Source of the DNA: Paramecium tetraurelia
Taxonomy: Eukaryota
Assembly (NCBI GenBank): GCA_000165425.1
Contig: CT868219.1
Location: 376,728 to 440,727, forward strand
Reading direction: 5' to 3'
DNA: 64,000 nucleotides
A program made the position numbers and the translations under genes. Below, piece by piece: positions 38,401-52,222 of the stretch (position 1 is its first letter; each line of letters starts with the position of its first letter). Below the pieces are notes generated by a model. It was given only the letters and a program-made list of their open reading frames with translations. It was not told the origin of the DNA and did not search any database.

Positions 38401-40734
38401 TTTTAACCTGAAATCTATAATTTGGACACCTCAAAATTGATAGAAGATGATTATATGATTAGGTAGAAGGAAATGCAAATTCATTTGACAAATCCTATGT
38501 ATAATTTAGAAGTAAATCTTAAATTAATATAAGATAGATGAATGTTAAAATCTAATTAGTTAACCAAATAGTTAAGAAAAGAAAATACAAGATCAATAGA
38601 CATTTCGAATGAAATCATCCATAGGGCCTAGCTTTGGAGCTTTGAATCACTTTGGTAGCAATTTCTCAAATGGGGTTAGTTAAGTCTTTGGGTCAGATTA
38701 AAATAAACTCATTGTACACTCCAGTGCAATATTGGAGGCATTGAATGAAAATAAAGAGTCAATCAAATCCAAGATTTCCGATGAAGTAATGGGATCAATA
38801 GATAATTTTCTATTTGATGCAGATTAGATGAATTCTATATCTTCCTCTTAAATCAGCGATATAAAAGTCAAGAAAACCCAATTGAAGCACAACTTGTTTG
38901 ATGAATAGACTAAGCAGCATTGGACTATACGCATAATTAATTTGATGACATTTACTTTGCTTATCATCTTTAACATTTTATACTATTATGTTGTGAATCA
39001 AGAAAATAAGGTAAAGTATAATAATCTTACATTTTGTAGATAATAGATTCAGCACTACAAACATACAGATTGTCAAACACTTTTTAAGAATAGCTAAATA
39101 ATTTCATTCTGACCTTCAATTATTCGAATACGAATAGATTCAACCATTCTCAATATATGAAATTTTGTGCCAGTCGTTTCTAGAATGACATATCAAAACT
39201 CTAATATTATTCCCCGAATATAGAAAATAATTCAAGTAATAATAATTAATTTAATATTTAGTTCAATATCTGTAGATTAGCGAATTTGAAAACATTACAA
39301 ATCTGAGTTTGTTTTATTCATTGGGATATTTCTCATAATATTTACTCTCACAATCAAATTGTTCTAATTAGGAATATTTTTTAGAATTTATAGCCAGAAA
39401 TTTCATAACAATAAGTACTTCAAATTCTGTATTGAATGCAACAGTCATCAAAGATGGAATAGATTAATTTAGGAATGCTTAACAATAAACAAAATTATCG
39501 TTTTATTTTACTTTGATATCACTTTGCATTGCATTTTTGTTTTACCTCATTTTTTTGATCATCATTAACAAAGCTAAGTAGAAGATAATTAAATTGTTCA
39601 ATACTATTTCAAAGATCCAGTTGAATTGTTTAATTGATTAGATTTCAATAGTTTTACATTAATTGGATAAGATTGACTTCATTAATGAAGAAACCACTGA
39701 GCATCAATTTGAATAGATAAAGTCAAAAATTGCTTCTACTCCGAGGATAAAAATCAAAGTTCCTTAAAAAAGGTAATCTTTGAAAGTGAAATAAAATAAA
39801 GCGAAAGAAAACAGTAAAAGTATTTTTTTATTTTAGATTCTAGCTGCTCTTATTTATTTGTTTTACTCTGCATTATTATTACTCGGTTACTTTATTATCT
39901 CTTCGTAATACATAGGCTCTCAAATTTACTAAAATTCATTTGAGGAAGATACAATATATGCTTTCAGATAATTACTCCTCTACAAATCATCGCAATCATA
40001 TCTGTTATAACAGAAGAGTTTTTAGAAGCTCCTAATCAAATATGTGTAGATAGGAAAGGAAGAGATGCTGTTTTTAAATCAATGTAAAATCATTCATTTA
40101 TTGAATAGGGGACGAGGCATTAAAGTTCATGGAAGGACAATTAGATGTTCTTTAAAGTTTCATTCAAAGATTAAATGATTAAAAATCGTTTTCAAATGAA
40201 ATCTTCACAAATACAATAAAGAAGAATGCCTGTTAGGCCTTTTAGTTTACAATTGTGAATACTACGGAGGATAGCTAGTTTTTCAATGAAGAGATCTGCA
40301 AGAATCTTGATAGTCTGGCTTCGGGACTAACAATTTAATTAGTTGCTATGTAATAAACTTTATAATAATTCTATTCGATGAATAAGTTGAATAATAAACA
40401 ATTTAAATCCTATTTGTCAAACATGGAGACGAATTTAACCTTAGAAAATGATATCGTTAGTGTGCTTTACACGTCTCATGTTTTGACATTGCTGCATGAA
40501 TTCGTGGCTCAATAAGGCTAATAGGAATTATATATTAATTATGTAGTGCATACTATCAGATTCATATTTGGATTATTGCTTTACCTTGTTTTAATTATTA
40601 TAAGCAACAAGAATATCAGGTTGTACTTGCATAAAGAATTAATTAGAACAAAGCAATTGTTTTTGCTGATACCCTTGGAAATATTATGTGAGAATGCAAA
40701 TGTTTTATAGCAATTAATAAGAAATTAGAAATGA
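35485..40734 (+). CDS. Large multi-TM PAS-domain protein (ciliate-expanded TmcB/TmcC-like family); start approximate
   Basis: N-terminal TM bundle; H-x3-C-x5-C-x-C motif (HLINCENVIDCFC); PAS SINNFIPDIIAEVHDQYLDNF...KNKLGFIFPI; C-terminal TMs and FLLIPLEILCEN. Confidence 0.8.
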
Positions 40735-40783
40735 AATGTCATTATTATATATTCTAAATATAATATTTATAAGTTACTTTAAA

Positions 40784-41524
40784 ATGTCAAATTAAGTATC
40801 TATATCAGTTAAAGAATTGAGAGTCATAAAAACCCCGACTGTCAATGATTTTAGTAGTTTTAGAGATTTATAAAGGCTTCCAATAACTAAATCTAATTTT
40901 AAAAGAACTTATCTGAAAGGTGCTTCACATAGGGTAAAATCATTGAAGGAAGAAAATCAATTTGCAGAGGCTCACAAGAGATAGGGAAATGAGAAGTTAT
41001 TCAAATTCAATAGATAAGATCAATTATTGAATATCAGAAATATGCATTTACATAAATTAGCTCCAATAAGTACAGAGCCTTATGTTGATGAAAATAATAA
41101 AATTTAAAACAAATAAAAAATAAGGAACGCAGATCCAAATAATTTAAACTTAAAATTGATAACCAATTCAATTAATTAGACTATGGAATTAGTCTACAAC
41201 CCTCAACCAATCATCAAAAAATCGATAAGATTTCCCTTATAGAATGCGACTCAAAAGACCGAATTTCAAAACTCATTGTTAGTCACTTAAGTAACTCATT
41301 CAGGTCTGAATTCTCCAAAGGAAACATAAAAGAAAAAGGTTGAATTGTCAATTCTGAAACCTTCACATAGGAAATGTCTCAAAGATATCTTCATCGATTC
41401 GATCTAAACTACAAGTTATGGTTCCATTCGTATGGATACCATAGAAACCAAATACATTTCTCCTAAACCAAATATAACTACATCTTTGGATAGCACCAAA
41501 AAAATATTGAGGTAATATTTATGA
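40784..41524 (+). CDS. Hypothetical protein
   Basis: Continuous frame of about 246 codons in ciliate code, MSNQVSISVKELRVIK...KKILRQYL*. Confidence 0.65.
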
Positions 41525-41558
41525 AGAATTTTATTAATATTAATTTGTCTGTTGTTAT

Positions 41559-42536
41559 ATGTTTTCAAAAACCAACTAAGTGTCTCCAATTAGAACTCAA
41601 TCTCCTGCCATTGCTCATAAACACTCAAATCCAAACAATTCTACTTAAGCATAATCTTATTATACCTCATCCAAAACCACACCTATCAAAATGCAAGAAT
41701 AAAAATTTGAAACCATTCAATAAGGTGCAACAATCCCAACCCAACCTTAAACATCACCAGAAAAAATTAAGATACTCAATCATGACTTTGAATTGCAAGT
41801 CTTAAAAAATGAAATTACCTTCAAAGAATAAAAAATAGTCTCCTTAGAAAAAGCCTTAGAGTTAGCTAATGAAGATAGAACGAGATTACGCTCAGTTTTA
41901 GAATAGAAATCAATTATATGCGTCAATAAGGAGAGGGAAATAGCAAAGTTATTGGCTACCATTCATTAATTGGAATTCAAGAGAAATGAGAATTAAATAA
42001 TCAAAGAACTTTAAACCTAGATCGATACCTTAAAATAGTTCATTTAAGAGAATGCCTTAAATAGACAAAGCATAAAGTAGGAAGATACGACTAGTCTTAA
42101 AAATAAATTAACTACTACTTAAGATTAACTTGCTTAATCCATAAGATAAAATGAATCACTCTAACAGTACGTAAGTGACCTTATGAAACAAAATAAGGAA
42201 TTGTCTCAAAAATATCAAGAGAAATTTCTGGAATGGCAATAATTGCAGATGTAATTCAACTAAACCTCAAATTATCAATCTGAAATAAAAGAAAGTGAAT
42301 AACCTGACATTCAAAAGAATACATTGAATTACAATTATAATTCCTCTGTAAAATAGTAGAGTTAGTTTGATTAACAGAATGAAATTTTGAAATTCCTATC
42401 ACAGATTAAACAATAATATCTGGAGGAATCACCAAAGAGAGACATTGATGACCAAGAATAAATAAATGTTTATAGACCAATTTACAGTTTTCAATCCACA
42501 GAAGATATCAATAAAACAGAAAGATTAAATAAGTGA
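41559..42536 (+). CDS. Coiled-coil protein
   Basis: MFSKTNQVSPIRTQSP...LKNEITFKEQKIVSLEKALELANEDRTRL...; TGA at 42534. Confidence 0.7.
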
Positions 42537-42564
42537 ATCTATTATATTAGTAACTATTTATATA

Positions 42565-43104
42565 TCAATTGATTTTTGTTCTACAAACTGGACAAGAATT
42601 ATTAATCTTTAACCATTACGTCAAGCAATCTTTGTGAAAGTTGTGAGAACAACTCATTTCTAACTCTGTCTCGTCTTACTTAAAGTCCTCTTGACAAATA
42701 TAGCAAGTTTATTATTAATCTTCAATCATTGCCACATGTTCCCTTAAACTACTTATTTAGGACTCAGTAGCTCCTTATTATTGTTCTTCTAAGAATATTA
42801 AATTCTCTGTAAAATGAGCTAGAATATTTAGAAAATCTGAGATTTCACTAAGGTTCTATGCCCAACTAGATAATACCCTTGATTATTGAGCCTCTGGAGA
42901 TATGTAGATCTCAAAAGAACGTAATTCTGTATCGTTAGTATCTTATTCCATTTATTCTAATGGACTTTCGCATAATATGCAATACTCTTATTAATCTTCC
43001 ACCTAATTATAAGTTCTCTAAATTATCTCCATTTTACAAAGATGACACCAATAATTTTCAAAATGATTTCTCCCTTCAAACACACGTCTTAAAACTTAAA
43101 ACAT
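42565..43104 (-). CDS. RING-H2 E3 ligase with N-terminal zinc ribbon (RNF126/RNF115-like)
   Basis: YWCHLC...YCILCESPLE; CYICQEDF...[25 protein letters not shown]. Confidence 0.88.
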
Positions 43105-43407
43105 TTTCGTTAATTTATAAATTTTTAATAATTTCAAGCTTTTAGAAACATTTATAGGAACAATTCTATATCATCAATTAACTCTCTTAACCATTAAATT
43201 AGAATAGATCTTTAAGAATCAACCTCTGGGTCTAATAGCTCTAATATATTTATTTCATTCTTATCAATTATTCCTATTAATTGTAATACATGTCAATATA
43301 TTATGAACATATATGTATTTGAAATATAGGCTAAATAAATATATGTTAACCAATAAAGATGTTTTATATTAAATTTAAATAAATAAAATATTTTATACAA
43401 AGTGAGA

Positions 43408-45306
43408 ATGTGCTTTTAAGTAAATTTTGATTCTAAACACGTAAATGTTAATTAATAAACAATAAGAGGACTTACAAAAGAATGTCTATTTTCTATTAAT
43501 CATTTATATTCGCATATACTATAACAATTTTAGTATTGTCCATTTTTGCCTGGAATGTTATAATTTCATAATTATCAAATAGTAATATAGTGATCTCACA
43601 AAGCCTTATGTTGACAGAATATAGAATTGGGAGTTGGACCCAATTTATGAAGTTTATAAATAAGAAGTTTGCGAATCTGATTCAGATGACTTTTTTAAAT
43701 TGTAGCAGGGTTAAACATATTATACTAAATGGACAAATTCAAATTAAATATTTTCCCTTTGCATAAGAAGATTAAAAGATTACAACTTCGTACAGAGTAA
43801 GGCTTAACTAATTAATATAGAATATCAGATATACCCTAAATGCTTGGATACTGAAGAATTATGCGGTGGCGTATATGTTTAGAATAAGTATTGTGCACCA
43901 AAAGGATAGTGTCCAATTAATAGTATGCTGTTTGTAACTGGGGATGGTAAGATAGATTAATATTAAAAGAGTTGAAGAAAGTTGATAAAACGAAATACAC
44001 AACTTAGTTGTAAATAAATGATAACTTTTACTTGGTAACATCAACCTTGGCGGAGAGTCTGCCAATAAATCAACTTGAAATCTATGGGACATCTCCTTGT
44101 GTTATTAGTTAATATACAAACTACGACACTATCTTCTCTAATGCCTTTTGTGAGAATGACACAGCCTATACTCTTTTGAATCAAATTGATGAAATGACAT
44201 TTGCAACTTCAAATGGGTTTACTTCCAATACTGCTGATAAGTATACAATTTATTATCATTTTAGGGTTGGCATATATTCTCGTAGTTACACTTAATTTAA
44301 TATTGAATGTAGATAGTAGAATCTAATTACTTGGGGGATCAGAACTCTAAAAGACAGTGATGCCATTTATCCTGTTCTATCAATACTAATGATAACAAGT
44401 ATAATTCACTTTGGACTTGTTGGATTTGTCTAGTCTTTGTATTACTTTATGTAAGTTCAATACTAAGCTCCAACAAATAAAGGTGTTCATTAAGGATTGT
44501 TACTAGTCAAAATATTCATCTAATATTTTCATTCAGCCATGATTACTTTGGCATTTGGGTTGTGGATAGATATTAAATTATTTCTACAAATATCACACGA
44601 TATGAATTGCAGTGATACTTAAACAGATACTTTTATAAGCAATGAATTAGATAACATTGATAAATAGTGGAAATTATGCTTTGTTATGTTTTTGTTGTTT
44701 GTAGCCTTTGCTTTACTTGAATGTACTGCTTTCTCTATTTGTTTGGATAAGAAACTAAAAAAGAAGATTGAACCAAAATATAGATAGATCACATTCTCAA
44801 CAGTCAATCAATCTCAATTAGGAACCAAGTCGGATAATTCTAATTTATATATGTATTTTAAACCCTAATTCAATTTACAATAAGAACTAAATCTATAATA
44901 AGAATTGGGGGCTAAATAGATTGACTAATTGGAATTTCCAAATTAAATTTTAGATAACTAATAGCAATTCAATAATAATGAAGCTTCTATTTCAATGAAA
45001 CAGTCTAATTCAATTGATCCATCCCTTTAATAGTCAATTCAGAGTCCCATTAAATAATAATCATTAGAAAAATAGCAATCATTAGACCAATAAAAAAACA
45101 ACCAAGCTCCGTATATGTAATAGATGCAACAAAAATAAAGTTAGAGATTATAATAGTAAGGCTATATAATACCTCAACAATAAATTGATTTAGCTAACTT
45201 TTAATCTTAACAAGTTCCCATTCAGAAACCTTCAATGAAGTACGATATTGATGATCAAATCGACAGCGAAGAATAGAATAATCGCACTTATCAAGTTCAC
45301 AAATGA
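43408..45306 (+). CDS. Ciliate transmembrane protein with Cys-rich ectodomain and Q-rich tail; start approximate
   Basis: CLDTEELCGG...YCAPKGQCPINSM; several TM segments at about 44370-44750; Q-rich C-terminus; multiple tiny introns. Confidence 0.65.
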
Positions 45307-45372
45307 ATTTATTCTCATATAAATAATATTTTAATTAGAATATCAATCCATTATATTGCAATGAACACACCT

Positions 45373-45929
45373 TCAAATTTGCTAAGTAAGTGATAGAACA
45401 TTTAGTTATGATCGAGACTACCTAAAATGTAATATGGATTAGATAGTGATTTTAAATATAAATTGTGATATGTGAATAAAATTTCAGTTGTTTGCTTCTT
45501 ATGATTGTGCTTGATTTAATCCCACTCCTAATACCTTTTCCATTTCAAACACTCTATGATCCAATAGATTAGATTATTTCTTAATTCTGGCTTTTTCATT
45601 TTTTAAGGTGTCCACTTAATTGCTTAATTCATGCACTTCAGCATTTGCTTCTTCAGCCAATTTTCTAAAATTTCGAGTGAAATCGGCTATCTCTTCAATA
45701 AAGCTAGTTGAAGTATCATCATTAATTGACGATTATAGATATGACTCATGAATGATTTCTTATCTCAACATCTACAATTCCTTCTTGTCTTTTTCTAATT
45801 CATGTAATAGATATTCTAACATAATCTAGTTTTAATTACTAATACATTTAATTTTTCTTCGTGTTCAGTCATTGGCAGATTCATCGAATTTTTTTAAAAC
45901 TGTTATAAAGCCTCTTTATAGGATTGCAT
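45373..45929 (-). CDS. Small coiled-coil protein; end approximate
   Basis: MQSYKEALQQFQKNSMNLPMTEHEEK...LIEEIADFTRNFRKLAEEANAEVHE... Confidence 0.55.
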
Positions 45930-46657
45930 TGTGTTATTTAATTAAATATAAATAATATTTTGAAAATAAGAATTAGTAATAAATTTTGAACAAAACCACA
46001 AAAGTGTATCATGAAAATACAACCATCAAAATCTCAATATTCATATAGCATACAACAATTATCACTTCGATCAGTGGATTCAATCATCATAATGAAGATT
46101 TGATTTCATTTAAAATTTGTAAAATCATATGACCTAATAATTCAATATATTGTTGTTCAAAGTATTTTCTTTAATATTACTTGACATTGGCATATCATTA
46201 TAGCTGATATAATAGAATAATTCATAATTAAAAATCAATTAGTATGCTTCCACCTTAGAATAGTAAACAGTTAGTGATTCCTTGATTTTTATATTAACTA
46301 AATTTTACAATATGAATTTGTATAGTTTTATTTTCTATTCTGCAGTTATAATATTTGATATAGACAATCCAAAGACAATATATTTAATTATAAATTTTGA
46401 TTATTTTTTGTGCAACGCACTATTCAATTTCCTTTTTAAAATTCTAATTAGTTTTCTTATCACATATGGAGAGTCAGAGTTTGCCATTTTGAAAGGGATT
46501 TAATTAAAAATTATTGATTAGATCTCATATATCAACATAAAAACATTTAAAAGAAATCACCAGATATTAATACATTTGTCTTTAATTGCGGATGCTTTGT
46601 TGACTTATTATCAATAATTAAAATTATTTAATCATCTATCTGTTCGAGTTTAACCAA

Positions 46658-47525
46658 ATGAGAATCGCATAGCATAGCAAGTCTTGTTAAGTTTTGTAAC
46701 ATAAAAAAATCTTTACTTTTAATGATGAAGAATTGATTAACACATCAGAATCAACTCCAAATTCATCAGGAAATACAGAAAAACCATAATTGTTGGTTTT
46801 TAGAAATTAAATAATGCCTGATTCATAAATTGCAAGAGAACTTCATGAGGCATCAATCCAGTCACATTGGTATGTAGAAACACCCAAAGAGTATGTGGAT
46901 AAGCGTGTAGTGAAACTCAAGAAATAAAAACGTATATTTTGACCCTCAATAATTATTTTAGTTGAAAAAGTTGTTGTGTTGGACCTGGATGAGACTTTGA
47001 TTTACTATAAACCTAACCAGACTATCGTTCGTCCATTCTGCTAAGAATTCCTGGAAAGATTATCGAGAATCTGTATTTTAGTACTTTTTACTGCTGCCAA
47101 AAAAGAACACGCAATAAACGTAATTAATTGATAAATTTTAAGATGTTAAAAATTATAGATCCAAATAAAAAATATTTTAAGGCCATTTGCACTTCAGATC
47201 ACAATGATTGGTAATGTTAAAGATTTAAGAATTTTTTAAACTGATCTCAAAGATATTGTAATAGTTGAAAATTCTCCAAAAAATTTTGTGTATTTTCTTT
47301 CTCTAAATAAGTGCCTAAATCAACAATGGTATACCTATCATACCATTTGAAGGTTAATAAAATGACAATTAACTTGAATTGTTACTTTCGTTCTTAGAAA
47401 TTGTTCTATTAGTTGATGATGTACGCGTTCAATTAGCTAATATCTTTAAACTATAATATTTTTATAAGGAACTGAATGGAAAATAAGCCATAAACAAGTT
47501 ATATAATTTAAAAAAAAATTAATGA
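46658..47525 (+). pseudogene. Second NIF/SCP-type phosphatase with an apparent 1-nt frameshift (pseudogene or assembly indel)
   Basis: VVLDLDETL, VRPFCQEFL, FTAAKKEHA and IDP lie in one frame; KDLR, IVIVENSP and NGIPI lie in the +1 frame after GATCACAATG at about 47197-47206, with no usable intron. Confidence 0.65.
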
Positions 47526-47565
47526 CTTAGAAATTGTAATCATTTATATTTATACTATAAAAATC

Positions 47566-48560
47566 ATGTCTGATTATTATTTTTATAAACAAGAAGAAAA
47601 ACAAAAATCACACAGAAAACCGACGAATTTTTTATCAGACTCAGAAGATACCAACTCTCATCCCCAATTGAGAAATGCATAACGGTTTTTGTAATTATGT
47701 ATTTATAGAAAGTCAGTCGTAAACCTAAAATAATATAAGAACTGATCAAACTGCCTCAGCCTTAAGTCTAATATATCACTCCTGTATCTATTCTTATATA
47801 TATCCAGTATGTCCCTGAACCCATTCCCATACCTGAAGCTATTAAACAAATCGACAAGAAAATACAGGCATATCGAAGAGTAATGGAGATCACAAAAAAA
47901 CAAAAGGAATTATAGGAACAATAACGAAATGTGGAAAATGGATTTATTTAAAAGTAGTCTGTTGATTTCCTAACCAATCCTAATATACAATTATAAAATT
48001 AATAAGATGATGAAAATGAGGAAAAATAAACTCAAAATTAAAACAATCAACAAGATATTGATAAAAACACTTTGCAATTGGAAAATCAAGGTAAACCAAG
48101 ATAGTAATATTACTCCGAATCAGTTAAAAATCGTGATTATATTTATGATAATATGATAGAAAGACTTTATGCAAAAAAATAAAATCCAGCTTTGTTTGCA
48201 GTAATGATTTGATATAATATTTCCAATTAGAAATTGCAAAAGAAAGCTCCTGCTTTGAATATTACATCAAAGAATAAAATATAATCAGGGAGCGGGAGGA
48301 TGGATATGGAAGAACATAAATTAAGAGTGTATAACAGAGAGAATGTACCAACAATTCCTGAATTGATAATCCCAACTTTTATGATAAAAAAAGATTCTAT
48401 GGCAAAAAATATATTGGCATATCTAGTATTCATTTAATTTAGCTTTTAGAAAGATTATTCTCCAATATATAGACAACAGAATCATAATGAATATCCCAAA
48501 TGTGTATAAAACATTTTGGAGGATGAGAATGATGTTATTAATAACCATGATAAAAAGTGA
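47566..48560 (+). CDS. Hypothetical protein
   Basis: MSDYYFYKQEEKQKSHRKPTNFLSDSED...; tiny introns; TGA at 48558. Confidence 0.6.
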
Positions 48561-48638
48561 AGTAAGATTGATTTAACATGTTACAAATGCATTCATTAAT
48601 TCTAGATATAAACTACAATATAAGTTAATATGCTATCA

Positions 48639-49667
48639 TCAATCCTATATTTAACTGTTAATTTATGGGTTGATTGTGTGAGAACTACATTTTCTTTTGG
48701 AATTCTTATCTTGAATAGAATCAGAGTCCCCTTCAATTTCTACGTTTTGTTATTTTATTTGACTCTACTCATCATTTTTTTTCATTTCAATATTTTACCT
48801 TTAATTTTCATCTTCTTCTTATTCCACATTCGGATTTACTTGAGCATTTCTGACTTTTTTAGAACTACAACTAATTATATTAGATATGAATGAAAGTTTA
48901 CCAGAATCTTTGAGGAGTTTCTATTTAAACTTGTTATTGGAATTTTTTCTGTCTATTTTACATAATCCAAGAGTAAGTGGTAATTCCTTTGAATTTCAAC
49001 CAAAAGTGGAAAATCATTAGGTTGAAATTAAGAAGAAAGAGAAGACCAACTAAACCTACATTTATCCAAATCCATATCATCATTCTAGGAGATTAAAAGA
49101 TGTATGAAAATATTGCAAAAATAGTAAAGGTGATTCCAAATAGAGATACAAAAACTAATAATTTGAAGAATTCCTAATAATTCTTTTTCCCAACACAATT
49201 GTTCAACCATTTACAATGATGATCAAAATCTGAAACGCATCTAGAAATTTAATTAATCTTCTACCTTTCACAGACCTTACAATGCTTAGTTGTACCACTT
49301 ACATAGCTGTCACAAAATTAACAAAAATAATCATAGAGCTCTTAATCTAATGCTCTAAATATCAATGAACCATATATACATGTTCAATCCATTTCTTTAT
49401 TATATTATAAGATCATCGGTTGGATCGATGTAGGAAGTCTTAAAAGCATAAAAAAAGATCATTAAGGCTAAAAAGTAGAAAAAGGATGCTAAAATAATCT
49501 AGTTAAATTATCCTCCTTACCTAAATTATTAAATCAGTTATTGGGACTATTGCAATTGATACACAACACATCAACTGAATAAAGAATATCATGGTAAAAA
49601 CTTGGAAAGGGTGTTTCGGTCTAGTAAAACCATTAATAATTTTATGTTCTCTGCTACTTGTAATCAT
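48639..49667 (-). CDS. DHHC palmitoyltransferase (ZDHHC1/11-like)
   Basis: [57 protein letters not shown]. Confidence 0.93.
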
Positions 49668-49745
49668 TTAATTTTATTAATCATGATTACTTGTAAGGTA
49701 AAATTCTTGATTAATGATTGTAATATATGATAAAATATATCAATT

Positions 49746-50888
49746 TCATCTTCCAGACCATGAGGCAACTTATTTTTTGAACATAATGATGACTTCATCT
49801 AAAATAGCATTCTCCTCTTGTCTCTTAGCCTTGGCTTCAGCATAATCAGCTCTTCTGCTTTCTAAGTCAGCTTGGGCTTAATCTAAGGCGTCTTGAGATT
49901 CTTATAAGATGATCTTTGATTTAGCTTATTAGGCCAAAGCAGCTTAGATTTACTAAAATTGGAATGATATTGTACAGTAGCAGTTCTGTCAGCAAAGACT
50001 TATTTTCTCTCATATTCAACCTCCAAGGAAGAAATTTCAGCTTCAGATAATGAAACCCATCCGGCTAATTCCCATGATGCATTGATTTCATTCTACTTCA
50101 AGTTTTCCAATGAAGCAGACAATTCAGATTCTAATCCTTCAAGAACACCCAATACTTTTTCAGCTAAGGTAGCTCCATGACCAGATGATGCTCCTTCCTA
50201 GGATGATGATGATTGTATATACTTCTTGTCCATTAGCTAAGGCCAAAAAGGATTTAATTTGATGGTCTTAGAAAAGATTGCTGTATTGTTTCAATTTCTC
50301 AGCAACTGATTAGGCCTTGACTTAGGTAAATTCAAATGAGTCTCCATTGATGATGTAACCAGCAACGTCTTATTTTAAGAGTCTGATGACTTCAAGAGCT
50401 TCTTAGTTGTGTTTAATGGATTTGACGAAAAGTTAATTGCTAAAGCATTAATTATCTTAGAGAGCATCAATTTTTCTTGCGATTTCATCTCTTCTAGCTT
50501 CATTCCAAGCTAAATAATTCTTTGTTTATTTAAGAACTTCTTCATAATTGGCTCTATTCTCAATGGCTTAACTAAAAAGTTTTTAGTTCAGACTTTTAAT
50601 CTTTGTGAATTGTTCGATAGTTCTAAGTGGATTATTATGATTATTTACTATGCACCGACCCATTCATCTGTTTCATTCTTTTAATCTGCAGCAAATTAAG
50701 CATCAATATTTGATTGCTTTAAATCATTGAGTAAGCCAAAAACTGTATCAATAGCATCACTTGCTTTTGTTCCAGTCTATCAGAGATAGCAATAATTTTA
50801 CCTATAATAAAGCAAGGATTTGGTCCTATGTTTTTGAAGCATAGGTTGTTGCTGCAAGAGCGAATAAAACAACAATAATGAATTTCAT
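49746..50888 (-). CDS. Trichocyst matrix protein (TMP/Grl family) precursor
   Basis: MKFIIVVLFALAATTYASKTQDQILALLQ/TGTKASDAIDTVFGLLNDLKQ; bipartite acidic coiled coil; ends EVIIMFKKQVASWSGR*. Confidence 0.85.
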
Positions 50889-52222
50889 ATAATTATTAAT
50901 CAAAAACGTACTCTCATTAAAAACGATAAAAATAAATAAAATGTATCCCCATTATCTTCCCATTATAAACAATTTCAAATAATAATAATTTATTAATCAT
51001 ATCCCTATCATTCATTGATAATGGTTACCCACAAATGAACAGCCTTCTTACAAAGATTTACTCTATAATTTTATATTTATGTAAAATATGCTCTAAATTA
51101 AGATTTCAATTGTATTAAAAGGATTCCATTATTCATTTTTTAAAATAAATCTTCAATAACTTCTCCTTTTTCTCTGAATCAAATTCTTTTATATCATCTT
51201 TCTTTTAAAATGACTCTATGATCTTTTAAGATATATCAGATTATTCCTTTAATTTCTCCTTTTGATTTTCATTCTTTTTTGACTCTATCAATGACCTTAA
51301 TAAAAACCATTCAATATCACATTGCTTATCCAAAATCATTTAAACAATTAACTTAAATACTTTTTCTTAAGGTTTTCTAGATATTCCCTTTTTGTTCTAT
51401 ACTTGAATGTTTCATTATTTCGATCTCTTTTTTGTTTAGTAAAATCATAGAATAATTTTTTTTATAAGATTACATTTACAATGTAGAATTTGAAATATTT
51501 AGTTTTACTTTTAATTACTTCACCTTATTATCAATTAATAATTCATCTTTCATAACTAAGATGTGTAAGAAATAATTATATTCCCATAAGTTTATTCCAC
51601 TTTATTACTTAAATAGAATTATAGTTAATATTTCTTATTTAAATATCTCTTTATGCTTAAAGATATTTGAAAAGGTTATTTTTGTTTCCTTTAGAATTAC
51701 TTCAAATTTAGCACCATTTTCTATTAATTTCTTTGTATTTTTTAAATATCCTCAAACATATCATTATTTACCTTTGACATTTTGTGGTTTATATAACAAA
51801 GTGTTAATTTGATTTGCCATATTAATAAATGGGAATCATCAGTTTTAATTATTTCTTCCTTAATATCATGAAGTCCTTATCAAATTTTCTTTTTCTTCCT
51901 AAATATTGCATAAAACTAATTTAAAATCTTTAATTTCTACAACTTCTATTTATAATTTTCCTTTGTCATTTTATAATAAATAAAATATTTAAAAAATACT
52001 TCATGCATTATAAAATCTATTCAAGAAAAGACCTAAAGGATGTTCCAATAAACTAATTTCCATGCATAAATTTGAAATCTTAATGATTGCATAAAATAAA
52101 TTATAGATAATTTTATATTAATCAAATAATATTATTAAAATTTAACTAAAATAGTGAGTTCACAAATATAATCACTGTGATCACAAAATTCTTTTGTTGT
52201 AATAGATAAATATAAATAAAAA

